Below are positions 52,050 through 64,000 of a stretch of DNA of 64,000 bases, in pieces. Origin of the DNA: Octopus sinensis (taxonomy: Eukaryota); the NCBI RefSeq assembly GCF_006345805.1, contig NC_043002.1, positions 97,526,001 through 97,590,000 on the forward strand, read 5' to 3'. The notes beneath the pieces were generated by a model. That model was not told the origin of the DNA, searched no databases, and worked only from the letters and a program-made list of their open reading frames with translations. The stretch's first letter is position 1. Each line of letters begins with the position of its first letter. The position numbers and the translations under genes are program-made.

Positions 52050-52505
52050 CTTTAAGTCCTTGGATTGCCGCCATGCTGGAGCACCGCCTTCAAGGGCTTA
52101 GAAGAACGAATCGACACCAGTACATATATTTTAAGTTGCCGATATGCAATCAAACCAACGCTAGTGGCCAGGTGGTAGTGTAGGGACAAACACAAGCACA
52201 AAGGCATGCACACACACACACATACACATACGCGCGCGCGCACTTACACATACACACACATATCACGCGCGCGCGCACAGATATGCAAACACATACAAAC
52301 GCAAACAAATATACAAACACATACATACACAAACACACACACACATATGTATATATTTGTGTGTGTGTGTGTGTGTGTGTGTACGTGTGTGTACGTACCA
52401 TCTGGGGCTACAGTGGAAAATATTTGCACAAGGCACCGCCCATTGGGACTGAACCCGAGACCATGTGGTAGTGAATCGAGCTTCTTTACCACACAACCAT
52501 GCCTC
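52050..52505 (-). mobile_element. Degenerate SINE family A
   Basis: Recognisable head and tail around a CA-rich centre. Confidence 0.7.
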
Positions 52506-54111
52506 TGTGTGGGTGTGTGTGTGTGTATCTGAAAAAATGTCGGCAGAAAAAGAATTAATTTAAACTTACTAGGTGTATTATTGGTCGATGAGAATAATGA
52601 TGATGAGCCAGAAACTTAACTTGGATTTGAGATTAAGATGAAGCTGGGAGCTAAAGATAAAGTCTGTCTAGACAGAAAAGATACAAATATTTCCAGGATA
52701 ATCGTGTTTGGTAATCGCCTGCGATCATAGAGAACAAAACAGAATCAACAAGGAAACACCAAGCTCTCAACGAATTAAATCCGTGTGCATGTTAGAAAAA
52801 ACAGTTTTCTTCAGCTACCCGTGATGATAAAGCCGACGTTCGGATTAGACTCTGTGTTATGGTTTAAGTGGATGAGAGACGGATACTAACTAGATAACCC
52901 CGAACCCCCACCCTGTTTCTGTCAGTAATATTTTCAGAATATCAAAAGAAGTCCAGCATAATGATGAATTTATATTTATAAAATTTAAAATTAACAATCC
53001 AGTTTGTCATTTCTTCTTCATTTACACTGAAATTAAGAGTCTAAGAAAGCTTCCATATTTTAAAGAGCTTATTTTATGTGTGCGTGTGTGTGTATACTTA
53101 TGTACGTTTGTATGTATGTATGTATGCATGTATATATTGCTCAATACAGGCACATGCATGGCTGAGTGATAAGAAACCTGCTTCTCAGCTACATGGTTCC
53201 ACGTTCAGTCCCACTGCGTGACACCTTGGGCGACCAAATCCTTGCGAATGGATTTTGTAGTTAGAAACTGAAATGGAAGGACGGTTCGATGGAAATTGGA
53301 AGCACTCCGTCGGTTACGACGATGAGGGTTCCGGTTGATCCGAATCAACGGAACAGCCTGCTCGTGAAATTAACGTGTAAGTGGCTGAGCACTCCACAGA
53401 CACGTGTACCCTTAACGTAGTTCTCGGGGATATTCAGCGTGACACAGAGAGTGACAAGGCCGGCCCTTTGAAATACAGGTACAACAGAAACAGGAAGTAA
53501 GAGTGAGAGAAAGTTGTGGTGAAAGAGTACAGCAGGGACCACCACCATCCCTGCCGGAGCCTCGTCGAACTTTAGGTGTTTTCGCTCAATAAACACTCAC
53601 AACGCCCGGTCTGGGAATCGAAACCGCGATCCTACGACCGCGAGTCCGCTGCCCTAACCACTGGGCCATTGCGCCTCCTCGATGGAAATTAATATACACA
53701 TAATTTACCATCTTGTGAAAAGTGGTGGGAAGCGCACATTTATTAATTATGTGGGAGTTATGGGGTTGTGGGAAATGCCATAAACGTTAGAGCCTGCGAT
53801 TTTTGTGATATTCTATGTTTTCCGTCGAAATAGTTAGGTCTAATTCATCCTGTGCCGCATTTGTATTTTACGTTTCCCCTGTATATTACTTCAACGGGTT
53901 TCTAAACATTAAGACAGATACTATGTGGAGAGAGGGACAAAGATAAAAAGGGGGAAATGTGTGCTCGGGGTTAAAGAGAGAAATTTGCAAATTCAATTGC
54001 GATACGAAATTTGCAACTTAATTTTAATTTTCCTCGGTTTTCCTCATGATTTTGTAATTGTATACTTATTGAAGCAAATCGATATTAGTAAAATCTATAT
54101 ATTTCAATAAC

Positions 54112-54525
54112 ACCACAAGACCCCTTTGAATGACCAGCACATGGAATTTATGTCTCCACACCATCCACACGTAATAACAAAATATGAATTCCTATCCGAA
54201 GCTACATACCATGGACAAGAAGCATTTCTATCCAGTCTACAAAGCACTTTCCTTGGATAATGGAACTGCGACTGTAACATCCTACATATATCTTTATTTT
54301 TACTTTTATTCACTTACTTCCTTTCACACTTCCTATATCCATCCTTTTCCAAAATAACTCCTTATATTGAACTATACTATTTCCCCCCCTAGTTAACTCT
54401 CTCATATCCTCTCTGATGAAGGGATATCCCTAATATCCCAGAAACAGCTGTAAGACTACCTTTCTCTTTATAAATGTCCTATAAGTTCCACACAGCCTTG
54501 ACTTTGTTGTCTTATTCTATTTAAC
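54112..54525 (+). mobile_element. 414-bp Penelope-like insert with a hammerhead-like motif and 15-bp TSD (duplicate at 55495-55908)
   Basis: TSD atatatttcaataac at 54097-54111 and 54526-54540. Confidence 0.65.
54410..54455 (+). ncRNA. Minimal hammerhead-like motif
   Basis: UCU-CUGAUGA-A-GGGAUAU-cccua-AUAUCCC-A-GAAA-CAGCUG-UA-AGA; A opposite A at the base of stem II, short stem I. Confidence 0.55.
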
Positions 54526-55792
54526 ATATATTTCAATAACCTTAAGCTTGAAATGTTAATTGCAAACGGTGATTAGAGGGATGCACTCACGGACCGGGCA
54601 GTGCGTTGTGTTTTTTACCAAAACACTTAATTTCATGTTGGCTCAGCTGTAAATGAACAACTTTACGACGGACTGTAATGTGTGGAAGCACTCCGTCGGT
54701 TACGACGATGAGGGTTCCGGTTGATCCGAATCAACGGAACAGCCTGCTCGTGAAATTAACGTGTAAGTGGCTGAGCACTCCACAGACACGTGTACCCTTA
54801 ACGTAGTTCTCGGGATATTCAGCGTGACACAGAGAGTGACAAGGCCGGCCCTTTGAAATACAGGTACAACAGAAACAGGAAGTAGAGTGAGAGAAAGTTG
54901 TGGTGAAAGAGTACAGCAGGGACCACCACCATCCCTGCCGGAGCCTCGTCGAACTTTAGGTGTTTTCGCTCAATAAACACTCACAACGCCCGGTCTGGGA
55001 ATCGAAACCGCGATCCTACGACCGCGAGTCCGCTGCCCTAACCACTGGGCCATTGCGCCTCCTCGATGGAAATTAATATACACATAATTTACCATCTTGT
55101 GAAAAGTGGTGGGAAGCGCACATTTATTAATTATGTGGGAGTTATGGGGTTGTGGGAAATGCCATAAACGTTAGAGCCTGCGATTTTTGTGATATTCTAT
55201 GTTTTCCGTCGAAATAGTTAGGTCTAATTCATCCTGTGCCGCATTTGTATTTTACGTTTCCCCTGTATATTACTTCAACGGGTTTCTAAACATTAAGACA
55301 GATACTATGTGGAGAGAGGGACAAAGATAAAAAGGGGGAAATGTGTGCTCGGGTTAAAGAGAGAAATTTGCAAATTCAATTGCGATACGAAATTTGCAAC
55401 TTAATTTTAATTTTCCTCGGTTTTCCTCATGATTTTGTAATTGTATACTTATTGAAGCAAATCGATATTAGTAAAATCTATATATTTCAATAACACCACA
55501 AGACCCCTTTGAATGACCAGCACATGGAATTTATGTCTCCACACCATCCACACGTAATAACAAAATATGAATTCCTATCCGAAGCTACATACCATGGACA
55601 AGAAGCATTTCTATCCAGTCTACAAAGCACTTTCCTTGGATAATGGAACTGCGACTGTAACATCCTACATATATCTTTATTTTTACTTTTATTCACTTAC
55701 TTCCTTTCACACTTCCTATATCCATCCTTTTCCAAAATAACTCCTTATATTGAACTATACTATTTCCCCCCCTAGTTAACTCTCTCATATCC

Positions 55793-55838
55793 TCTCTGAT
55801 GAAGGGATATCCCTAATATCCCAGAAACAGCTGTAAGA
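55793..55838 (+). ncRNA. Minimal hammerhead-like motif (duplicate)
   Basis: Identical to 54410-54455, shifted by 1383 bp. Confidence 0.55.
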
Positions 55839-56863
55839 CTACCTTTCTCTTTATAAATGTCCTATAAGTTCCACACAGCCTTGACTTTGTTGTCTTATTC
55901 TATTTAACATATATTTCAATAACCTTAAGCTTGAAATGTTAATTGCAAACGGTGATTAGAGGGATGCACTCACGGACCGGGCAGTGCGTTGTGTTTTTTA
56001 CCAAAACACTTAATTTCATGTTGGCTCAGCTGTAAATGAACAACTTTACGACGGACTGTAATGTGTGGAAGCACTCCGTCGGTTACGACGATGAGGGTTC
56101 CGGTTGATCCGAATCAACGGAACAGCCTGCTCGTGAAATTAACGTGTAAGTGGCTGAGCACTCCACAGACACGTGTACCCTTAACGTAGTTTTCGGGGAT
56201 ATTCAGCGTGACACAGAGAGTGACAAGGCCGGCCCTTTGAAATACAGGTACAACAGAAACAGGAAGTAAGAGTGAGAGAAAGTTGTGGTGAAAGAGCACA
56301 GCAGGGATCACCACCATCCCCTGCCGGAGCCTCGTGGAGCTTTTAGGTGTTTTCGCTCAATAAACACTCACAACGCCCGGCCTGGGAATCGAAACCGCGA
56401 TCCTATGACCGCGAGTACGCTGCTCTAACCACTGGGCCATTGCGCCTCCACACGACGGACTGTAATGTGACACACTACTGAAAGTAGAAATTTGAAAATC
56501 CGGTAATGACTTCAAAGGGTAGACCAGGCGTAGTGGTATGGCGCCATTGCAACGCGTTGCAGCATTCACCATTTCTTGGTATATTCCCGGGTCCTCGCAG
56601 GGTGATCTGTCGAGCGGAGTCCCAGTCAGTCCCCCATCTCTGCCAGATACCGGCTGGGTTGACGGCGGCTTGTGTTGCTCGACCACATGGCGCGCAGTCG
56701 TGGCAAATGGTGGCTCCGAAACAGCAACTAAACTTTAAAAGTTCCGAAATGGCCATTTTCCTCGGCTTTCCCCAAGACCTGTGAACTTATCCAAACAAGT
56801 GGATGTCAGTAAAATTTGTATATTTCAGCAACTGTAAGATTTAAAGTTCGTTACTCAATGATG

Positions 56864-57270
56864 GTGCAGGCATAGCTGTGTGATAAGAAACTCGCTTCCC
56901 AAGCACATGGTTCCAGGTTCAGTCCCACTGTGTAGCATCTTTGGCATGTGTTTTTGTACTATAGCCTCAGCCTGACAAAAGCCTTGTGAGTGAATTTGGT
57001 AGACGGAGACTGAAAGAAGCCTCTACATAAATATATATTTGTGTGTATGTGTGTGTGTGTCTTTGTCTCTGTTTTTTGGAATCACCACCACTTAACAACC
57101 AATGTTGTGGGTGTTTGCGTCCCCGTAACATAGCTGTTCGGCCTAAGAGACTGAGAGAATAAGCACCAGGTTTTAAAAAAATAAGCAGTGATGACGTTTC
57201 GTTCGTCCAAAATTCTTCAAAGTGGTTTCTCCAGCATGGCCGCAGTCTAATGACTGAAACAAATAAAAGC
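56864..57270 (+). mobile_element. Degenerate SINE family A
   Basis: Diverged but colinear with the consensus. Confidence 0.75.
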
Positions 57271-59886
57271 TAACAAAGATCTTTACATTTCTAGTCATAT
57301 GCAATTATAAATATTCCATTATTGTTTCAAAACAATTTAATTCTTTGTTATTACTACATTTATGTTATGCCGTTGCTACCTAGATTTACAGCCGCTTTTT
57401 TTTTTATTCGTTGCTGATTCATTTTTCTTCTTAATGTTGTATTTTTTCGTTCCATTTTTCTTTTTTCAAGTTTCACTTTCATTCCTACATAGTCTTCATT
57501 TTACTTACAATTTTCATTTTATTTTTCTTGTGCTTAACTATTATACGTTTCCCCTCCAACAACCCGCTTTACAACCTACACTTCCCCTTCCTTAATGTAT
57601 GACAATTTCCTCCGTGTCAAAGATCCTGCAATTCTCCATTAGCTATATCGGACAAGTAATGAACGATAAAAGCATACCAGACATTCAACATCCATTTTCT
57701 AACATCATCACTCAAAGGATTCCCACAACCGGATATTTGTAGGTGAGTTGCACATTTACACCGTTCATCACTACCGATCTTATTTCCGTCTTATCTAATT
57801 CCTTACAGCTCTATCTTCTTCCATTATAAAAAAAAAATTGGGTTTTTTTTTTATAATTTTGTTTGATTTTGTTTTAGATTTTATTTTGATCTGTTAACAA
57901 ATTACCATTCCTTTTGTTTAATCCACGTGACGTTTTATGGTTCTCGATAATAAAAGCGACTCTAGTGATTCTAACAACGGCAGTGAGTTCTTATATTAGC
58001 ATAACCAATTAGCTATAATACAGCATCAATTTACTATTTCGTTTTCATTGGATCCTACAGAGATCGATCAAATCTTTTATAACGGCCATCGTTATATATA
58101 CACCCTTATCTTCTTGTGCCCTTATCATGGCACCAAAATATTTATAATATCACACAAATACTCTTCACTTTCTATGTGCTATCTGGAGATTATCACACAT
58201 TGAGCATATTCCATCTACAACCAATTAATTGTATCGTATTTTTACACAAGCACTTTCATTGGTTTTCCCATAGACATTGTATCTCACTAAACCGTGTGAT
58301 TGAAATATCCTCGCAAATTCCGCTATAAATTTATTTTAGTTACGGGAGTATGTGCATACGCACACACATACACAAAGAAACACACTCACACACATACAAT
58401 CATGTAGAGGCACACGTATGATACATATCTAGGTTGAGCGTTTATCTTCTTGACATTATCTCATTTAATCTAGTTGTGGTTATTGATAGCTTTAAGTCAA
58501 TTTTAATTATGTAGAGGTATGAGTTTGATCAAACTATTTCACACATGACCGTCCCATATTTTATGATTTTATCTCTGGCATCCTTTCTATTCCCAAGAGA
58601 GTAGTATGTAATTTGAGCGAGAGACAGGTACTAATTCTCGTATATCGAACGATCAATTAGAAGTCTTTCTTAATGTATAGTTGCAACATAACAATTTGTG
58701 TCAGGATTAAGGCAGATATATTGTTGAAAGCCTGCGAAACTACGGTATTCGTCTCGAGATATATATTATCTTACAGACGAAACGTGTTAAAAGACAGATC
58801 AATCAATTGCAGGCGAAAATCCCCTAGCATCTGTGATCGCGTTGTTGAATACGTATTTCTGCCTCCTTACGCTTCGTCAGTAGCAAGTTTTCACTGGCAA
58901 AGACATGCTAAGACAAATTTCTCAGCTAATGATATCATAAAACAGTGATTGAAAATCACTGTGTCGCAAGTAGCCGGTAGAATCAGTCTGCAACTAATAT
59001 TTTTCAATGCTTTTTAACACTGTACATCTATAAGAGGTGCTAGCTTCAGAAGAATACTAGTTTATCAGGCTTTCAGTGATATTTCTGCGTTCAGTATGAG
59101 ACACTAACTCTTATTATGAACTAATACTGCTTCTGCCTCTACTAACGAATAGATGTAACATAATATTCGCTATATACCTCTTAATGAAAGCTACAATTAA
59201 TTTACAATAGAGCATGAATTACACATGACATTTTAAAAACATCATTAATTAACATTGCCGCTTTTTCTCGTTTCCCAAAGTTAATTTTCATGCATGGCTT
59301 TGCAGTATTTGTTCCACTCTCTCCACGACCGTATCTGATTTCCTTGTTTCAATAGTATAATTAAACTGTATAGAGAGATCTCACAGAATCCTGTAGCTAT
59401 CATTCACAACCAAGGTCTCTGGTTCGTTTTTATGTCACTTTCCCATCTCTTCAAACGCACAGGCTTAGTTTTGGAGGCATTTAACTTAGTGTTTATTGTG
59501 TTTGACTCATGATTCTAAGATTGTGGTTTCGATTCCTGGACCCGGCGATGCGTTGTAATCTTGTGCAAAACGCTTCATTTCACATTGCCCCAGTTCACTC
59601 AGCTGGTAAAAATGAGTAACCCTACCACGGACTGGCGTCCCATTCAGGTGAAGAATTTATAGGCCATAGAAACCGGGAGACCGGTCCCGGCCCCTATGAG
59701 CCGCCATAACTCGAGAAGGAAACTTTACCTCACCTTTCTACAGGTATGTTTAACATTCCAAAGCAGTTTGTTACAGATACACTCATGCCTGTGTTTATGT
59801 CGTATTTTGTGCAAGCCCACTGCACTTACTTAGAAGGTAGTTAATGCTTACGTACCCTTTTCTTCACATGTTGCGCTTGCAGTATA

Positions 59887-60062
59887 CGAGGGGGTATTGG
59901 TTGGAGGTCCAACCTCTCGAGTTCTTTTACAGGGCTTAGAAAAACTGAAGAACCGCTGCAATAAATGTGTGAATCTGAGGGGGGAATATTTTGAATAAAA
60001 TCATAAACTGATTCTCTTGTATTTTCTTTTGCCCAAAGCCAGGAACCTTTCAGCACCCCCTC

Positions 60063-60114
<52 letters not shown>

Positions 60115-60375
60115 TGTGTGTGCGTGTGTGTGTGTGCGTGCGTGTGTGTACAGAAATACGTATGGGTGCTGAACAGTTTCTGGCTTTAAGGGTGTTACAA
60201 AAGGCTTGGTTGGAGGCCCAAACTTTCGAGTTCTTTTACAGGGTTTAGAAAATCTGAAGGACACCTGCAATAAATGTGTGAATCTGAGGGGGGAATATGT
60301 TGAATAAAATCCTAATCAACTGATTCTCCTATGTTTTCTTTTGCCCAAAGCCAGGAACCTTTCAGCACCCCTTCG
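59887..60375 (+). mobile_element. Two mariner-derived MITEs (59887-60063 and 60159-60375) separated by (TG)n
   Basis: TA-cgagggg(g)tgctgaa / ttcagcacccc(c/t)tcg-TA ends; the interior encodes the transposase C-terminus FLQGLEKLKNRCNKCVNLRGEY. Confidence 0.85.
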
Positions 60376-60699
60376 TAACCGAGTTTTATTAATAATTATC
60401 TTTATCAAATTCATACTGATGTCTTAAAGACAATTATTTGCATGTCGTTAATTAGCGAGTCTTGTTGGTATTTTTCTGACAAAACCATCGTTATTCACTT
60501 CCAGCATTCTTAGTTTGTTGCGTGAATTGGCCATGGAGTTCCTTCTTTTTCCAGCCATTTGCTCTATCGTTCTTCTTTCTATTCCTGAAATTTTTCACAA
60601 TTTAGGTTACCTCTATATTCCTCACAATACACAACGTAGTTTTTCAAATCCAAAATCGCAGTATTAATTTTTCCTGCATAATATTAAACTTTTATTTCC

Positions 60700-61030
60700 T
60701 TCCCATTATGGTAAATAGATCTTGTCGATATTACTATGAAAGTGGCGAGCATAATGTATTGAGGGTGACTTTCTTGGTTTTTGCCTATTTCTTGTAGCTC
60801 TTTATTCAGTGTAGAAAAAGGGCAGAGTACCTCAACACTGGCAGAGTCCACGTAGTCGTCGCTTTAATTATATTACCAATTATTTTTGTATCAAACATCT
60901 TTTTAACCCCTTTTTTTGTACTCTTTAGAGACTTTCTCATTTCCCTTTCCATTACATCACTCCCAGGTACTTCAGTCTCTTCTTCCAATGATCTAATGAT
61001 ATCATCTTGTGGTATTTTATCTCATCAGAT
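60700..61030 (-). pseudogene. R4/Dong-like RT C-terminal fragment
   Basis: GNIIKATTTWTLPVLRYSALFL, similar to NKIKAINTWAVSLLRYG in the copy at about 800. Confidence 0.6.
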
Positions 61031-61204
61031 TTCATCCTTCGAACTCTCATCACGATTAATAAAGCACACTTTTGCTCACCCACTCACACACACACACACA
61101 CAAGAAAAATACCGCATATCAATATCCTAGCAAAATATTCTTACAGCTTGGAAAAGAAAATCCAGGTAGAGGAAGTTTCAGTTTTGGCGTATAGAATAAT
61201 CCTT

Positions 61205-61665
61205 TCTTATTTCTTTATTGCCCACAAGGGGCTAAACATAAAGGGAACAAACAAGGACACACAAAGGGATTAAGCCGGTTACATCGACCCCAGTGTGTAA
61301 CTGGTACTTGATTTATCGACCTCGAAAGGATGAAAGGCAAAGTCAACTTCGGCTGAATTTGAACTCAGAACAAAACGGCAGACGAAATACCGCTAAGCAT
61401 TACGCCCAGCGTGCTAACGTTTCTGCCAGCTCGCCGCCTTGTGGAATAATCCTTTCTACTATAGGCACAAGGCCTGAAATTTCTGGGGAGGAAGCCAGTC
61501 GATTAGATCGACCGCAGTACGGAACTGGTACTTAATTTATCGACCCCGAAAGGATGAAAGGTAAAGTCGACCTCGGCAGAATTTGAACTCAGAACGTAGT
61601 GATGGGCGAAACACCGCAAAGCATTTCGTCCAGCATGCTAACGATTCTGCCAGCTCGCCGCCTTT
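61205..61665 (-). mobile_element. Two adjacent family C-type SINEs
   Basis: Reverse-complement heads at about 61440 and 61660. Confidence 0.8.
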
Positions 61666-64000
61666 TTTGGTGTATAGAATAATGTCAACAATATATAGTA
61701 TTTGATGCATTTCCTCTGTTCTTACCAAATTGTAAACAGGTCTTGTTTCTTTTTATACACAATATCTTGTCAAAAAATTCTGACATCTTTTCACACCAAT
61801 CCGTTCGTGCTCGTTCAATCTGCTTGAAAAAGCTACGAAATCTTCTACATGTTGTATCCTACTACCTTTTAAAAGAAGAGGGAAACATCAAATACCTATG
61901 AAAAGATTATTTCGGAACAGCATGAACACATTTGATTGTAGATCTTGTAGATCATCACTGACTTGGGAGTCGGACAATAACAAAACTAATGAGTTTTCAG
62001 CAAGGACAATTAATTTTATGTTTCACTGAAGAGGTCTAATTAAATGCGAGCATGTATTGAGTTGCCTCCCGTACTTACTTAAGAGATTAAAAGTTAAAAT
62101 AAGATTAGAGTTTATATTGTCTTTCCTTCACTGCATATGTACTCTTTGAATTTCATTTCATTAAATATATTTACATTATCTTAACTATTGCTTTTATGGA
62201 GTCCCTGAAAAATCTACGTCAGTGATATATTTTTTTAATATATTGTCACTGACTCAAAGGCACTAGATTAAAAAGGCTTCTTTTTTGCAGAAGAGTGTTG
62301 CCTTCGCTACATTCCAGAGAATGCTTATCTTTTACTCCCCTCTGGATGCAAACATTTACAAGTGACCATTGTCTAGTCTAGCTGATGCATAATGAAGCTA
62401 ATGTACCCCTTTTATTTCCAGCACATAACATTTCGTGCTCCCCGAATATTGGCACGTGATCAGCAATTCCAAGAGTGGAGTCAAGTCGATTAGATTGACC
62501 CCAGTATTCAACTGGTACTTATTTTATCGACCCCGAAAGGATGTAAGGCAAAGCCGACATCGGCAGAATTTGAACTCAGAACATAAAGAGAGACGAAATG
62601 CCGCTAAGCATTTGGCCCGACGTTCTTACGATTCTGTCAGCTCACCATCTTATGTTGCGCGAATACTGGTGCTTCATATCAGTTAATAGATCTGAACACT
62701 GCTATTTCTGTGATAAATACACCTAGCAGCAAATACACTTCAGCTTTGATCTTGCAAAGATCTAAGTGGATATCTGATGACATTCTCCTAGGTGTATCCT
62801 CCACAGCGTCCGCACAGCCAAAAGCTCATAATCCGAAATGTGGCTCGCTCATATCTATGCTACAACAAGCAGTGCAGATAAGGTACACCTACAACCGCAC
62901 TCGGAGTTATCATCCTCCACCAACAACTAAACAGTGTTGTATCTCTAATGCATTGTGTTAATGACGACCATAAGAAAATCAAAGACTGTCTCTGTGCATT
63001 GCATACCCTCCTTGCTTTCTCCTCCAAAATCATAGAAGCATCTCAGTTCTTTCCTAGACTCTTCCTACTTACTACTCCTTGATCAAGATCGAGCTGTAGA
63101 TAGCACACCTATTGTTAAAGATATCACATGTGATGGGCCGTTCATTTTTTTTTCCTATCCATGTGTACAACAAAATTCAACACAAACTCTCTTTTTTGCC
63201 TTCACATAGAGCCAGGTGTTAATATCTATTTGGCAACGGGCCAACGAGTTGAGTCTAATGAAATAGCAGCCGATTTTCCCTCATATCACTTCTACCATCT
63301 GAAGAATGAATAGCTCAATGGATAACGATCTAATTCTTCACTTAGAAGCCTGGAAAAGACGGATATTATCCGCAACAAACTTAAACACTTCAAACCAGAC
63401 ATCCACTCAAGTAGAAAACATTCCCCAATTGGAGAAATGCAACGTACTTTTGCCCAAAGCATATTGATACAACCCCGCACATATCAAGGAAATAATTTTC
63501 AAGATACATTCACTCTCTATGTACAAGACACAAAGCTATCAATGTTGCTTAAATTCCAAACCTCGTAAAAGAAAGCAGCAAGAATATAAAGTTTCATCTG
63601 TGGATGAATAAAAGCAATATTTAGGCAGGCATTTGAATAACAAAGGAGATCATAAAAGTGACTCAGACTGGATATAAAAGTTGCGAGTACAATTTCAAAT
63701 CTCAACAAAATAAAGCCACATAGATTTACGCAAACACATACGAATATGCACACATGCACACACCAATGAACGAGCACTCACAAACGTACACACACACACA
63801 CACACGATCTTTCTCTCTTCCCCACTCACATGCATTCTTTCACATCCATACAAGTACATTAATACAGAACTAAAAACAAAAACAGCTGCACCTGAAGCTG
63901 TCTATCTAAGAGTGAAAAGAGGGCATGCCATTGGTGATGTCGCGAATGCCGAAGAAAGGACCTCGACAGACATAACTGATTGATTAATTGCATGATTAAC

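Larger units (their letters stand above)
53298..56449. repeat. Tandem duplication, period 1386/1383 bp: SINE-X-SINE-X-SINE
   Basis: Family B SINEs (minus strand) at 53298-53678, 54684-55062 and 56067-56449; the intervening X segments are nearly identical. Confidence 0.95.

Noticed and set aside
62700-63480. Possible decayed L1/Tx1-like LINE 3' region (minus strand)
   Set aside because: Composition suggests a fossil retroelement, but no diagnostic motif could be read.

Overview
AT-rich, repeat-saturated eukaryotic DNA. The SINE and microsatellite make-up looks like an octopus (coleoid cephalopod) genome; that is inference, no search was run. I find no supportable host protein-coding exon, rRNA, true tRNA gene or CRISPR array. 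Most listed ORFs are microsatellite or SINE artefacts. The window holds several tRNA-headed SINE families, TA/TG/TAA/TAGA microsatellites, fossil R4/Dong-like and RTE LINE fragments, decayed mariner/Tc1, hAT, Chapaev-like and Helitron transposons, MITEs and foldback elements. The main unexpected signal is a set of minimal type-I hammerhead ribozyme motifs from about five unrelated sequence families. Two are fully canonical (5361-5471 and 48111-48170, minus strand). They sit in Penelope-like architectures: between 103-bp perfect inverted repeats, downstream of a tRNA-like Pol III head, and inside a TSD-flanked insert. A second clear signal is a 1.38-kb tandem duplication (53298-56449) with swapped SINE target-site flanks, as expected from SINE-SINE unequal crossover. 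Coordinates of degenerate repeats are approximate.
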